Below, in pieces: positions 18,989 to 27,626 of a stretch of DNA of 64,000 nucleotides. The stretch comes from Candidatus Bathyarchaeota archaeon (lineage in GTDB: Archaea > Thermoproteota > Bathyarchaeia > Bathyarchaeales > Bathyarchaeaceae), in the NCBI GenBank assembly GCA_037386325.1, contig JARRMB010000008.1, positions 4,436-68,435 on the forward strand. Reading direction: 5' to 3'. The number at the start of each line of letters is the position of its first letter. Within the stretch, counting starts at the first letter, position 1. The notes beneath the pieces were generated by a model. The model made no database searches. It worked only from the letters and a program-made list of their open reading frames with translations, and was not told where the DNA came from. Position numbers and translations under genes: made by a program.

Positions 18989-19282
18989 ATGGCCGTTAAC
19001 ATTTTTTTGAAGTTTATTGGTACATTTCAAAAGCTGTCAGGAAAGAAATCTCTCAAGTTAACCTTTGAGGATCCAATTACAGTTAAAGAGGTTATAGAAA
19101 AACTCATAGAAATATTTCCAGGTAAATTCAAAGAAATATTATTAGACTCTCATCTTAATTATCTGCAACCAAACTCTTTGGTAATAATAAACGGAAAAGA
19201 AATTAGCGCATTAAGAGGGATAGAGACTGAAGTTGAAGATGGCTCGGAGATTGTCTTTGTTCCAATGGTTCATGGTGGATAA
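18989..19282 (+). CDS. MoaD/ThiS-family ubiquitin-like protein (SAMP-type), C-terminal GG
   Basis: 97 aa. Beta-grasp-like sequence ending ...VFVPMVHGG*. Confidence 0.75.
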   Translation: MAVNIFLKFIGTFQKLSGKKSLKLTFEDPITVKEVIEKLIEIFPGKFKEILLDSHLNYLQPNSLVIINGKEISALRGIETEVEDGSEIVFVPMVHGG

Positions 19283-19300
19283 AAAGACAAATTTGAATAC

Positions 19301-19516
19301 TTATTGATAGATTAAAAAGAAATAAACTATATTTCTAGGAAGATAACCTCTTATTTTGTCTTTTTTATGTTTTTCCTTAACCAGGCGGTTAACAAGTTTT
19401 TCCATCTCCAGTTCATATTCATGTTCTTGAGGAGGAGGTGGCAACTTTTCTAAATATTCTTTCAAAGGTAGATCTTTGGAAAAAGTTGACTGCTTCTGCT
19501 TTTTCTTTTCAGGCAT
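19301..19516 (-). CDS. Hypothetical small protein
   Basis: 71-aa Lys/Glu-rich ORF downstream of the GNAT gene. No recognisable motif. Confidence 0.25.
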   Translation of the reverse strand: MPEKKKQKQSTFSKDLPLKEYLEKLPPPPQEHEYELEMEKLVNRLVKEKHKKDKIRGYLPRNIVYFFLIYQ

Positions 19517-19598
19517 AGTAGTATATTCTGATTAATACCCAAATGAAATTGATGGTACTGTTTAAAGATTCAACAAAATATTTTTTGAGAAAAATTAA

Positions 19599-20096
19599 TC
19601 AAATTATAGTTAAAGGCAATTCCGCTGCCATAAGGAGGGCATCTTCTCCATCTGCATAATATTTTTTAAGAGTTTTAGCTACTTTAAAACCCAATTTTTT
19701 ATACAATTCTATTGCAGGATAATTACTTTCTCTAACTTCGAGATAGCATTCTTTTGCATTATAATTTACCATGGCTTTTGTTGCTTCTTGTATTAACTTG
19801 TACCCTACACCTTTACGGTGATATTCGTGAAGTACAGCAATTGAAATTACATGACCTTTTCGTGTAATTCCTAGTAACTTAAAACTTGGGATACCTGTTT
19901 CTATACGACACATAATATAGCCTATTATTTCATTATTTAGTTCAGCAACGATGAATGTTTCTGGAAATCGTTTATATAAATTCATAAAAAATAATGTTGA
20001 ATAATTTTCAGGTAGACATTTTCTGTTTATTCTTATTACTCCATCTAAATCTGAAGTTTTAAAGCGTCTTATTTCGTAAGTAGTCTTTAAAACCAT
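19599..20096 (-). CDS. GNAT N-acetyltransferase (RimI / archaeal Ard1-like N-alpha-acetyltransferase)
   Basis: 165 aa. IRRFKTSDLDGV..., the acetyl-CoA motif HRKGVGYKL, and LEVRESNYPAIELYKKLGF. Confidence 0.8.
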   Translation of the reverse strand: MVLKTTYEIRRFKTSDLDGVIRINRKCLPENYSTLFFMNLYKRFPETFIVAELNNEIIGYIMCRIETGIPSFKLLGITRKGHVISIAVLHEYHRKGVGYKLIQEATKAMVNYNAKECYLEVRESNYPAIELYKKLGFKVAKTLKKYYADGEDALLMAAELPLTII

Positions 20097-20315
20097 AAGT
20101 CAACCATACCTTTTTTTATCTTTCTGCCGAACTTGAAGAGTTAGAGTTGTTGTAAGTAAATAAAAGTAAATATATCTTTTTGTGGAGTATCACAACTGTT
20201 TGTAGATTACTTTCACTCACCTCTCCCTTCTATTCAATTGTATGTTACACCTTAGGGATTTAAAACTAGAATTTGAGAATTCAATATCATTAATCATAAA
20301 AATCTTAGATATTAG

Positions 20316-21272
20316 GTGAAATTAATGGAAGAAAGTGATTTAAAGAATTTACCAGGAGTTGGACCTGCAACTGCTAATAAATTAAAATCTGGAGGTTATA
20401 CGACAGCAGAAACACTTTCTGTGACTCCTCCAAAAGAGATTGCTGAAAAAACAGGAATTGGATTTAATACTGTTCTAAATATTGTATCAGCTGCAAGAGA
20501 AAAAATTGGTTTAGATTTTATGACAGCAGAAGATCTGTGGAAAAAAAGGCAAGACATGTTAAGGTGTACTACAGGATCAAAAAATTTAGATACCCTGATG
20601 GGTGGTGGAATCGAAACTCAAGCTATGACTGAATTGATAGGAGAGTATGGAGTAGGAAAAACACAGATATGCCTGTCACTTTGTGTGAGAGTTCAACAGT
20701 CAGAAGAAAAAGGGGGACTAAGTGGAAAAGTTGTGTATATAGATACAGAAGGAACATTTATTCCCGAAAGAGTTTTTCAGATAGCTGAATCTTTGGGATT
20801 TGATCCTCACGAAACTTTGGGAAATATATTTTTGGCTAGAGCTTATAACAGTAGTCATCAGGAACTATTAACAGAACATCTTTTCAAATTCTGTCCTGAG
20901 AACAATGTAAAATTGGTAGTAGTTGATTCAATGATTGGTCACTTTAGAGGCGAATATGTCGGTAGAGAAAATCTATCAGAACGTCAACAGAAGCTAAATA
21001 GTCAGCTTCATAAATTGCTAAGACTAACTGAAGCATATAATATTTCGGTTGTTATTACCAATCAGGTTCAAGCTAACCCAACAGCGTTTTTTGGAGATCC
21101 TAATAAACCAGCTGGTGGAAACGTCATGGCTCATGCCAGTACACATAGAGTTTATCTCAGGAAAGGTGGAAAAGGGACAAGACTCGCTACAGTTATCGAT
21201 TCTCCATATTTGCCTGAAGAGAAGACAAGATTTAAAATAACAGAAAAAGGAGTCGAAGACGCAGAAGAATAA
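20316..21272 (+). CDS. radA: DNA repair and recombination protein RadA
   Basis: N-terminal HhH (LPGVGPATANKL), Walker A GEYGVGKTQ and Walker B VVVDS. The probable ATG is at 20325. Confidence 0.95.
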   Translation: MKLMEESDLKNLPGVGPATANKLKSGGYTTAETLSVTPPKEIAEKTGIGFNTVLNIVSAAREKIGLDFMTAEDLWKKRQDMLRCTTGSKNLDTLMGGGIETQAMTELIGEYGVGKTQICLSLCVRVQQSEEKGGLSGKVVYIDTEGTFIPERVFQIAESLGFDPHETLGNIFLARAYNSSHQELLTEHLFKFCPENNVKLVVVDSMIGHFRGEYVGRENLSERQQKLNSQLHKLLRLTEAYNISVVITNQVQANPTAFFGDPNKPAGGNVMAHASTHRVYLRKGGKGTRLATVIDSPYLPEEKTRFKITEKGVEDAEE

Positions 21273-21278
21273 TAAAGA

Positions 21279-21307
21279 ATTGAAGTTTTATTCTCTAAAA
21301 CTTCAAT
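21279..21307. terminator. 12-bp perfect-stem hairpin between convergent radA and the JAMM gene
   Basis: attgaagtttta (21279-21290) is the exact reverse complement of taaaacttcaat (21296-21307), with a 5-nt loop. T-rich flanks on both strands. Confidence 0.5.
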
Positions 21308-21325
21308 CGAATTCTTTAAAAGAAA

Positions 21326-21757
21326 TTATGGTTTAATGGAAATAGGTATTTTTTTCACTATACCATCTTCCAACATGTAAGCACCGAAAGTATCTTCCTT
21401 TGTAGATAATATTAACCAAAGGGTTTCTTCCCATAATTTCATAAATTTCAAATCAATTTCTGAGGGAACAGAAGGCGCAGGGTGGGAATGAAATAAACCA
21501 ATAAAATCCAAACCTTCCCTCTCTGCTTGACAAAAAGCTTCAGCAATAATTGTTGGTTCAATTTCAAATTTTATGGGTGATTTTAACTGGTTTGGGGTAA
21601 TCTTCACTTTTTGTAAAATTACTTTGTATTCAGAATATTTTCCAAAAAGAATCGCACATGATTCAATCGGAAAAACTGCATTTGTTTCTTGTCTAAGCAA
21701 ATCAAGATGTTGTTGTTGCAATTCCAAAATCAAATTGAAAACATTCCAGGAATTCAT
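21326..21757 (-). CDS. JAB1/MPN/Mov34 (JAMM) metalloprotease
   Basis: 143 aa with a complete JAMM motif: upstream Glu (PIESCAILFG), then FHSHPAPSVPSEID. Confidence 0.8.
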   Translation of the reverse strand: MNSWNVFNLILELQQQHLDLLRQETNAVFPIESCAILFGKYSEYKVILQKVKITPNQLKSPIKFEIEPTIIAEAFCQAEREGLDFIGLFHSHPAPSVPSEIDLKFMKLWEETLWLILSTKEDTFGAYMLEDGIVKKIPISIKP

Positions 21758-21862
21758 TTCAGGGTTGCCGATTCAACTTTCAGTGACAAACTAAATTACA
21801 TTTTTAGAGATTAAATAGTATATTTTTATTGGTAAAAAAAGGTTAATAATAATTTAACAAAA

Positions 21863-22729
21863 TTATTCATTAGATTCTACGTTAAGTTTAGTATCGGTTA
21901 TCATTTTGGGATAGGAAACAAATGAATCATTTTTTTGTATATTTGATGATTTTTCCGATTTCTTTATTTCTTTTTCTGAATCAAGATTTGTTGGATGAAC
22001 TGTTTTAGTCTTTCCTGTTATTGCATCAATAACTAGAATAAGTTGTTTTTGAGATTTGAAATTTTTTACAACAACTTTGTACATTGGTTTATAGATTTCT
22101 GCGCGTTCAAAGACTTCAAATAATTCATGATGAATAGTCGAAATATCAGAAGGCCTCTGGATAATTCTGGATTTAAGAATTTCAACTTCTTTTTCGTCGA
22201 TCATCCGAATGTTTCCATAATTTCGATCAAAATTTGATAAAATTCTTTCCGGTTGCTCTTCAAAGGGTAGAAAAGGCAGTTCTTCAACTCCAACTTCTTG
22301 CCAATTCTTATCGAATATTATGTTTGACTTTAATTCAAACTTAAATCGACCACATCCGTTTAATTGAAGAATTTTACAGGGTACTTTAAGGTGTTTCTTA
22401 AGAGACTTTGGAGCAACCCTTTCACCGTAAATAGTAAGCTCTTGCATAGTCTCGTCTACTTTGATATTATGAACCCATTTTTTAGAATAAATAATGCTGT
22501 ATTCTCCGTCTATGAATATGTATGGCTCAAAGTATTTGTCAATTGAAACGATATGCACTTCTTCCGGTTTAGGTTTAACAAAAATAAATTTGGAGAAAAT
22601 TTGCGTCTTCATATTTTCTGCAATAGACCTTATAGTCTTTATATTGACACGAGGTTTGTAAACAATAATTTTTCTTTCAATTACTTTTTCAGGGATATCG
22701 ATGTTTTTCCACACTGGAGACGCCTTCAT
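21863..22729 (-). CDS. Conserved hypothetical protein (family copy 1; paralog at 59458-60251)
   Basis: 288 aa. Shares blocks with the 59.5-kb ORF: IDKYFEPYI, LPFLPFEE, EKEVEILKS, ELFxVxERA and KPMYKV. I recognise no known domain. Confidence 0.5.
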   Translation of the reverse strand: MKASPVWKNIDIPEKVIERKIIVYKPRVNIKTIRSIAENMKTQIFSKFIFVKPKPEEVHIVSIDKYFEPYIFIDGEYSIIYSKKWVHNIKVDETMQELTIYGERVAPKSLKKHLKVPCKILQLNGCGRFKFELKSNIIFDKNWQEVGVEELPFLPFEEQPERILSNFDRNYGNIRMIDEKEVEILKSRIIQRPSDISTIHHELFEVFERAEIYKPMYKVVVKNFKSQKQLILVIDAITGKTKTVHPTNLDSEKEIKKSEKSSNIQKNDSFVSYPKMITDTKLNVESNE

Positions 22730-23235
22730 GAATTATTTCTAATAAATTAGTTATCATTTATGAAGGCAAATTTTGGATTCTCAATTAATACTAAAAATCA
22801 AAAAACAATTGGAACATTGAGTTAGATAATAATGAACAAAGAAATAATTACCACAGAAAATTCACTTCAAAAGAATTCAATAAATTTTTTGACCTGCATA
22901 CCCTACTTTTCAAACTCCACTGGCACATACTCCTGACCATTGATTTGCTCCCAATCTTGTCAACTCATTTTTTTAGATTCGAGAATTAATTTTACTTATT
23001 ATCTATATTGAAAGTTCAATTTCGAATGTCGAAGATTCGGTTCTATAAATGAGCTTGCGTGGATCTAAAATATACTCCGCAAACAAGGAATTCAATTTAA
23101 ATTCTTTTGTAGTTTATTGTAAGTATTCATTATGTGCGCTAATCATGGCTTTTGAGTCAATAACCACTTTTCTAACATTGATCGTAGGACTTTCACTTCA
23201 GGACACCTATCTAACAGAATGTTGCGTTGTCTTGC

Positions 23236-23859
23236 TTAGATATTAAATTCTGGTCTATAAAGAGGAACTAAAACGTTGAGTTTAATTGAAGATCCATTAC
23301 GTTCGGGTTGAATGGGGTGAAAATCATATCCTTGGTTTGCTTCTCTGACTAACATCATTGTGAAATCGATAGGTAGACTAAGTCCTCCATGTTCCGCTTG
23401 ACCGTGAAGAAAGTTCCAAGTCCATGCACCATAAAACCAAAGCTCTTCGGGGGTAACAGATTGATTATCAAATAGTTGCCATAATGCGACATAATCAAAT
23501 CCCCAGCGTAATAATGCTAGTGATTGCTCGATTCCCTCATAGAATGAATGGTCTAATCCTTTTCCTTTTTTCTTAAAATATTTCAATTCAACTGCCATCA
23601 GTTCATTACCTTTACAGAAAATCATATCGATTTCTGGTTGAAGGGGAGGTATTAGTCTGGGGTCTATGTTAAGATGCTTCCCATACATTTCAAACCATTT
23701 TTCTTTCAATGATTTTGCTTGATATGGTTTTTTACAAACGTATATTCGATCGTATTTTTGAACAGGACTTTTATCAAATTGTCTTTTTAATTCTTCAGCT
23801 AGTGTGTGTTCCATTTTTCTTTTCATTAAAAGAACACCTGAACGATTCGTGGAATCCAT
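23236..23859 (-). CDS. Hypothetical protein with a PD-(D/E)xK nuclease-like motif
   Basis: 207 aa. PEIDMIFCKGNELMAVELKYFK fits the hhhD...(E)xK restriction-endonuclease-like core. Confidence 0.45.
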   Translation of the reverse strand: MDSTNRSGVLLMKRKMEHTLAEELKRQFDKSPVQKYDRIYVCKKPYQAKSLKEKWFEMYGKHLNIDPRLIPPLQPEIDMIFCKGNELMAVELKYFKKKGKGLDHSFYEGIEQSLALLRWGFDYVALWQLFDNQSVTPEELWFYGAWTWNFLHGQAEHGGLSLPIDFTMMLVREANQGYDFHPIQPERNGSSIKLNVLVPLYRPEFNI

Positions 23860-23933
23860 TCTTTTCTTTCATTTCTCAAAAACTTGGCTAACAATAAAGC
23901 TTCTTCGTAATTAAGGTTTCAAGAGTTTACAGT

Positions 23934-24131
23934 TTAACATGTTTTATTAATATTTTGTGCTTCCTTTCCAATAACAACTATTGGTTCATGACGTTTTTTT
24001 GGTATAACTGATTTAGTTTTTGATAGTTTATTTCTAGATTTTTCACATTTACAAACAGGACAAATAAAAATAGAACCATCTTTGGTTCGTTGTAATACCA
24101 TTCTTTTTTCACATTTAGGACAAAATTCCAT
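23934..24131 (-). CDS. Zinc-ribbon protein resembling the N-terminal domain and linker of TFS/RpoM (C-terminal ribbon absent)
   Basis: MEFCPKCEKRM...ICPVCKCE resembles the TFS N-terminal ribbon. The ORF stops at ...INKTC*, where the second (TFIIS-type) ribbon would begin. Confidence 0.5.
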   Translation of the reverse strand: MEFCPKCEKRMVLQRTKDGSIFICPVCKCEKSRNKLSKTKSVIPKKRHEPIVVIGKEAQNINKTC

Positions 24132-24205
24132 TACAATATCTTCCTTAACAGACTAAGTTGGGGTGTAATTACTCAATATTAATCTATTGAATTTGTACAA
24201 TAGTT

Positions 24206-24742
24206 TTATTCTTCTCGAGCATGCTTAAGTATATGTCCGGTCTCGGGTAAGATCAGTTTGGACATAACTAGTTTTACTGCTTGTGGGGAACCTGGGATAC
24301 AGAAAATAACTTTTCCATGATCTGTGATTCCAGCTAAAGCTCGGGTCATAATTGCAGCTGAACCAATTTCTTGATAACTTAACATTCTGAATAATTCACC
24401 GAATCCTGGAAGAGTCTTAATCATTAACGGTCTTAAGGTCTCTATGGTAACATCTGTAATGCTTACTCCTGTTCCACCACATACAATAATTGCGTCTATA
24501 TCTTCTGAACCAATAGCGTTACCAACATTTTTTCCAATCAGAACACGGTCATCAGGCAAAATTTGTTTTGAATTAACTTTTTGACCAGCATTTTTTAGTA
24601 ATTCAACAATTAGTTCACCTGAAGGATCAGTAAACTGCTCCTTTGAGTTAAGCTTCTGATAACGTGACGAGCTGCTTACAATAACAGCAAAACTGATTTC
24701 TTTGGGTGCATTAGTTTTATGCATAAAAGAAGATTCACTCAT
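24206..24742 (-). CDS. moaB: Molybdenum cofactor biosynthesis protein MoaB/MogA family
   Basis: 178 aa. IVCGGTGVSITDVT and PGFGELFR motifs. Confidence 0.85.
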   Translation of the reverse strand: MSESSFMHKTNAPKEISFAVIVSSSSRYQKLNSKEQFTDPSGELIVELLKNAGQKVNSKQILPDDRVLIGKNVGNAIGSEDIDAIIVCGGTGVSITDVTIETLRPLMIKTLPGFGELFRMLSYQEIGSAAIMTRALAGITDHGKVIFCIPGSPQAVKLVMSKLILPETGHILKHAREE

Positions 24743-25182
24743 ATCTTTGTCGCCTTTATTTTATGTATTACCTTTATGTTCTGAATGCTAGTGAACGGGT
24801 ACTGTCCATTTGCATCTTTTTCATATTGTTTTGTCATATCCCAAACCGTTAATAATGCTGTTGAAACCGATGCTAAAGCCTCCATTTCTACACCTGTTTG
24901 AGCTCTTGTTTTCACAGTCGCTGTCACTTCAATTCTAGAATTATCTAGAATTTTTAGTTCAACATCTATTCCAGTTAAAGGTAGAGGATGACAAAGCGGA
25001 ATTAACGAACTGGTATTTTTTGCTGCTAGAACTCCTGCAACCTTAGCAACCTCAAAAGGATCCCCTTTCTCAATTTTTCCATTTTTAACAAGCAGTATAG
25101 TCTCAGGTTTCAACCTGATTATCCCTTTAGCCGTTGCTTCTCTATATATTTCTGGTTTTGCAGTAATATCGACCATTGACAT
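24739..25182 (-). CDS. moaC: Cyclic pyranopterin monophosphate synthase accessory protein MoaC
   Basis: 147 aa. KGDPFEVAKVAGVLAAKNTSSLIPLCHPLPL and GVEMEAL motifs. Confidence 0.9.
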   Translation of the reverse strand: MSMVDITAKPEIYREATAKGIIRLKPETILLVKNGKIEKGDPFEVAKVAGVLAAKNTSSLIPLCHPLPLTGIDVELKILDNSRIEVTATVKTRAQTGVEMEALASVSTALLTVWDMTKQYEKDANGQYPFTSIQNIKVIHKIKATKI

Positions 25183-25215
25183 TGAAAATCATCTTATTTA
25201 ATATATAATCAAGCT

Positions 25216-25482
25216 TTATTTTGTTTCTTCCCAAAACTCCATAAGTTTTCTAATCATTATTGCCCTCGGGTTTTCGTCATTATACCGAAAAATACGGATT
25301 CTCCCGAATGTTTTATGACGAACTAATTTATTTTTTTCCAAGACTTTCAAATGCTGATTTGTCGTAGCATAATTTAATCCAACCCGTCTGGCAATTTCTG
25401 AAATATTTAATTCTCCTATTTCAGACAATATTCTGAGAATTTTCACCCGCCCCTTGGAAGAGAAAACATCCTCTATCGACAT
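25216..25482 (-). CDS. ArsR-family winged-helix transcriptional regulator
   Basis: 88 aa. RVKILRILSEIGELNISEIARRVGLNYATTNQHLKVLEKNKLV. Confidence 0.75.
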   Translation of the reverse strand: MSIEDVFSSKGRVKILRILSEIGELNISEIARRVGLNYATTNQHLKVLEKNKLVRHKTFGRIRIFRYNDENPRAIMIRKLMEFWEETK

Positions 25483-25494
25483 TTAACATAACCA

Positions 25495-26670
25495 CTATTT
25501 AGATAGAATTTTACTAAGTTCTTTTTCAAGATCAGATGCGGGTACCCTCGACAAACCAATTAGTGTAGTTTTTCCACGTTGCCCACTTCCTGAAGCTATT
25601 GTTTCGATGATTCCAGCAACAGAAAGTGCTCGAACATATTTCCAAATTTGAGTATGACCCCTACATTTCTCACCAAATTCTTCACATACCAAAGCGTAAG
25701 ATTCCTCCGCTTCGCCCATAGACATATACGCAGAATCATTCTGTTTAAAATGACGCGCTATTCCAATTAGAAACAATTTTTCATGTCTACTTAATCCGGG
25801 AAGCATGTCCTTTCGAACAACTGGATATACACTAGCAACTGCATTTCGAACACACTCAGGTGTAACTTCCTGCAATTCTGAAACATCTGCATATTTTCCA
25901 GCCCTCCATAATAGTTCGATTGAGTATCGGGCATTTCCTCCTTCCGATTTTCCTAGTTCAGCAATAATTGATAATGTTTGTTCAGGAATTGTCCCTGCTC
26001 TGAAAGCTAATTCAACTCGATCATTGAGTATATCTTCAAGTTGAGATTCGGAATAATCTTCTAACCGAATAATATTACGTTGCAAAGTACTTTTTGTGCT
26101 TTGATCCAAGTTTTCTAAATCTTCAGGTTGACGAAGAATACAGATTAATGATAATCGTTTTGGTGTACTAATTCGATCTTCTTGGATACGTGAAAGGTTA
26201 TAAATTGGGTCTGAACCTTCATTTTGTATTAGGGCATCTAGCTCATCAAGGGTAAGTATTAGATAAGTGTCTTTTTCATCCAAAATCTGCATCAGAGCTT
26301 GCAAGAGTTCCTCTGCAGAATATCCACGTCTAGGAAAGTTAGGATAGAACTTCAGAATAACCCTTTGGAGAATCATGAAAAAGTTACCTTTACTTTCCCG
26401 ACAGTTGATGTGAACATAATCAAGGTTAATTTTGTGTTCTTTTGCTTCTTTTATTATATTTAAACCAAAACGCTGGGAAAGAGCAGTTTTTCCAGTTCCA
26501 ATTTTTCCCATAATCAAAGCACGTTGAGTCATTTTTCCGGGATGTTCAATCGCAAAACGGAAGAACTGGTTTAAAAGATTAAGTTCAAGCTTTCTATGCA
26601 ACAGGGTTGATGGAACAAAGTTGATATCAAGTTTACTTTCATCTTTGAAAACGCTAGAATAACGGGGCAT
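25495..26670 (-). CDS. cdc6: Orc1/Cdc6 replication initiator
   Basis: 391 aa. Walker A GKIGTGKT, Walker B LDELD, and a C-terminal winged helix. Confidence 0.95.
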   Translation of the reverse strand: MPRYSSVFKDESKLDINFVPSTLLHRKLELNLLNQFFRFAIEHPGKMTQRALIMGKIGTGKTALSQRFGLNIIKEAKEHKINLDYVHINCRESKGNFFMILQRVILKFYPNFPRRGYSAEELLQALMQILDEKDTYLILTLDELDALIQNEGSDPIYNLSRIQEDRISTPKRLSLICILRQPEDLENLDQSTKSTLQRNIIRLEDYSESQLEDILNDRVELAFRAGTIPEQTLSIIAELGKSEGGNARYSIELLWRAGKYADVSELQEVTPECVRNAVASVYPVVRKDMLPGLSRHEKLFLIGIARHFKQNDSAYMSMGEAEESYALVCEEFGEKCRGHTQIWKYVRALSVAGIIETIASGSGQRGKTTLIGLSRVPASDLEKELSKILSK

Positions 26671-26965
26671 GTTTTGAACCTTTAGATTTTTAAAAAACAG
26701 TTATGGTTTTTGTCTCTTAAAAAGAATACTGAGGTCCCAGAATAGTGAAAATATAACGATTTGATTGCTTAATAATTGATAATACACCGTTAATTCAGCA
26801 TTGATTCCCAGCAAATTAAAAAATATTACCGAGATTCGCAAGTCATCAATTAAAAACTAAATATTGTTTTTTACAATTATAAAACGTGAACATAAATTTT
26901 TCATATATTTACCACTTTTTCGAAAAAGAATAAAACAACAAATCCTTTAGACAGAGGGAATATTT

Positions 26966-27466
26966 ATGAAAAAAGACAAAAACCAACTGAAGTATATGAT
27001 ACAAGGAATATATACATTAGTAATTTTTTTGTCAGAAGAAATTACATTAGAAATTGGAAAGTTAGGGAATCATAGGTTTCCCGAGGGTTATTACACATAC
27101 ACAGGATCAGCTTTGGGAAAAGGATCAACCAATTTAAAAAATCGTTTAAAAAGACATTCACGGAAAAATAAGCGTAAATTTTGGCACATCGATTATCTTC
27201 TAGCAAACGAAAAGTCATCAATAGAAGTAATAATAGCTGCTAAAACCAGTGAAAAGAAAGAATGTATATTGAACAACTTTCTTCAAAGATTAAAAGGAAC
27301 AATAGTTCAGGTTAATGGCTTTGGAAGTTCAGACTGCAAGAATAGATGTTCAGCGCATCTATTATTTTTTCCAGAACTAACTAAAAAAGAATTTTTAGTA
27401 AACAAAATTCTTGTTCATTTAAGTTCAGAAATGAAAATTCAAAATGTTGACGTTATTTACAATTAA
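26966..27466 (+). CDS. DUF123 / GIY-YIG-like (Uri superfamily) protein
   Basis: GYYTYTGSALG...LKNRLKRHSRKNKRKFWHIDYL is the DUF123 signature. Confidence 0.7.
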   Translation: MKKDKNQLKYMIQGIYTLVIFLSEEITLEIGKLGNHRFPEGYYTYTGSALGKGSTNLKNRLKRHSRKNKRKFWHIDYLLANEKSSIEVIIAAKTSEKKECILNNFLQRLKGTIVQVNGFGSSDCKNRCSAHLLFFPELTKKEFLVNKILVHLSSEMKIQNVDVIYN

Positions 27467-27626
27467 ACTTACAAAACATAAATCAATTTTAAAATAACCT
27501 CAAGAAGGACAAACTTAAAAAAACGAGTGAGGCTTGAATAAAATTTTAACTAGCAAATTATAATTGCTTTCAGCAATAAAATATTTTTAATCACTACTAG
27601 TTGCTACATTTAAGGAATAAAAAGAA

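Noticed and set aside
20316-20327. Frequent TTG/GTG starts in the ORF track as an unusual start-codon usage signal.
   Set aside because: The track extends each ORF to the first possible alternative start. In several cases (radA, rps17e, lysC, Nudix) a downstream start fits the family N-terminus better, so the apparent excess is largely an artefact of ORF calling.
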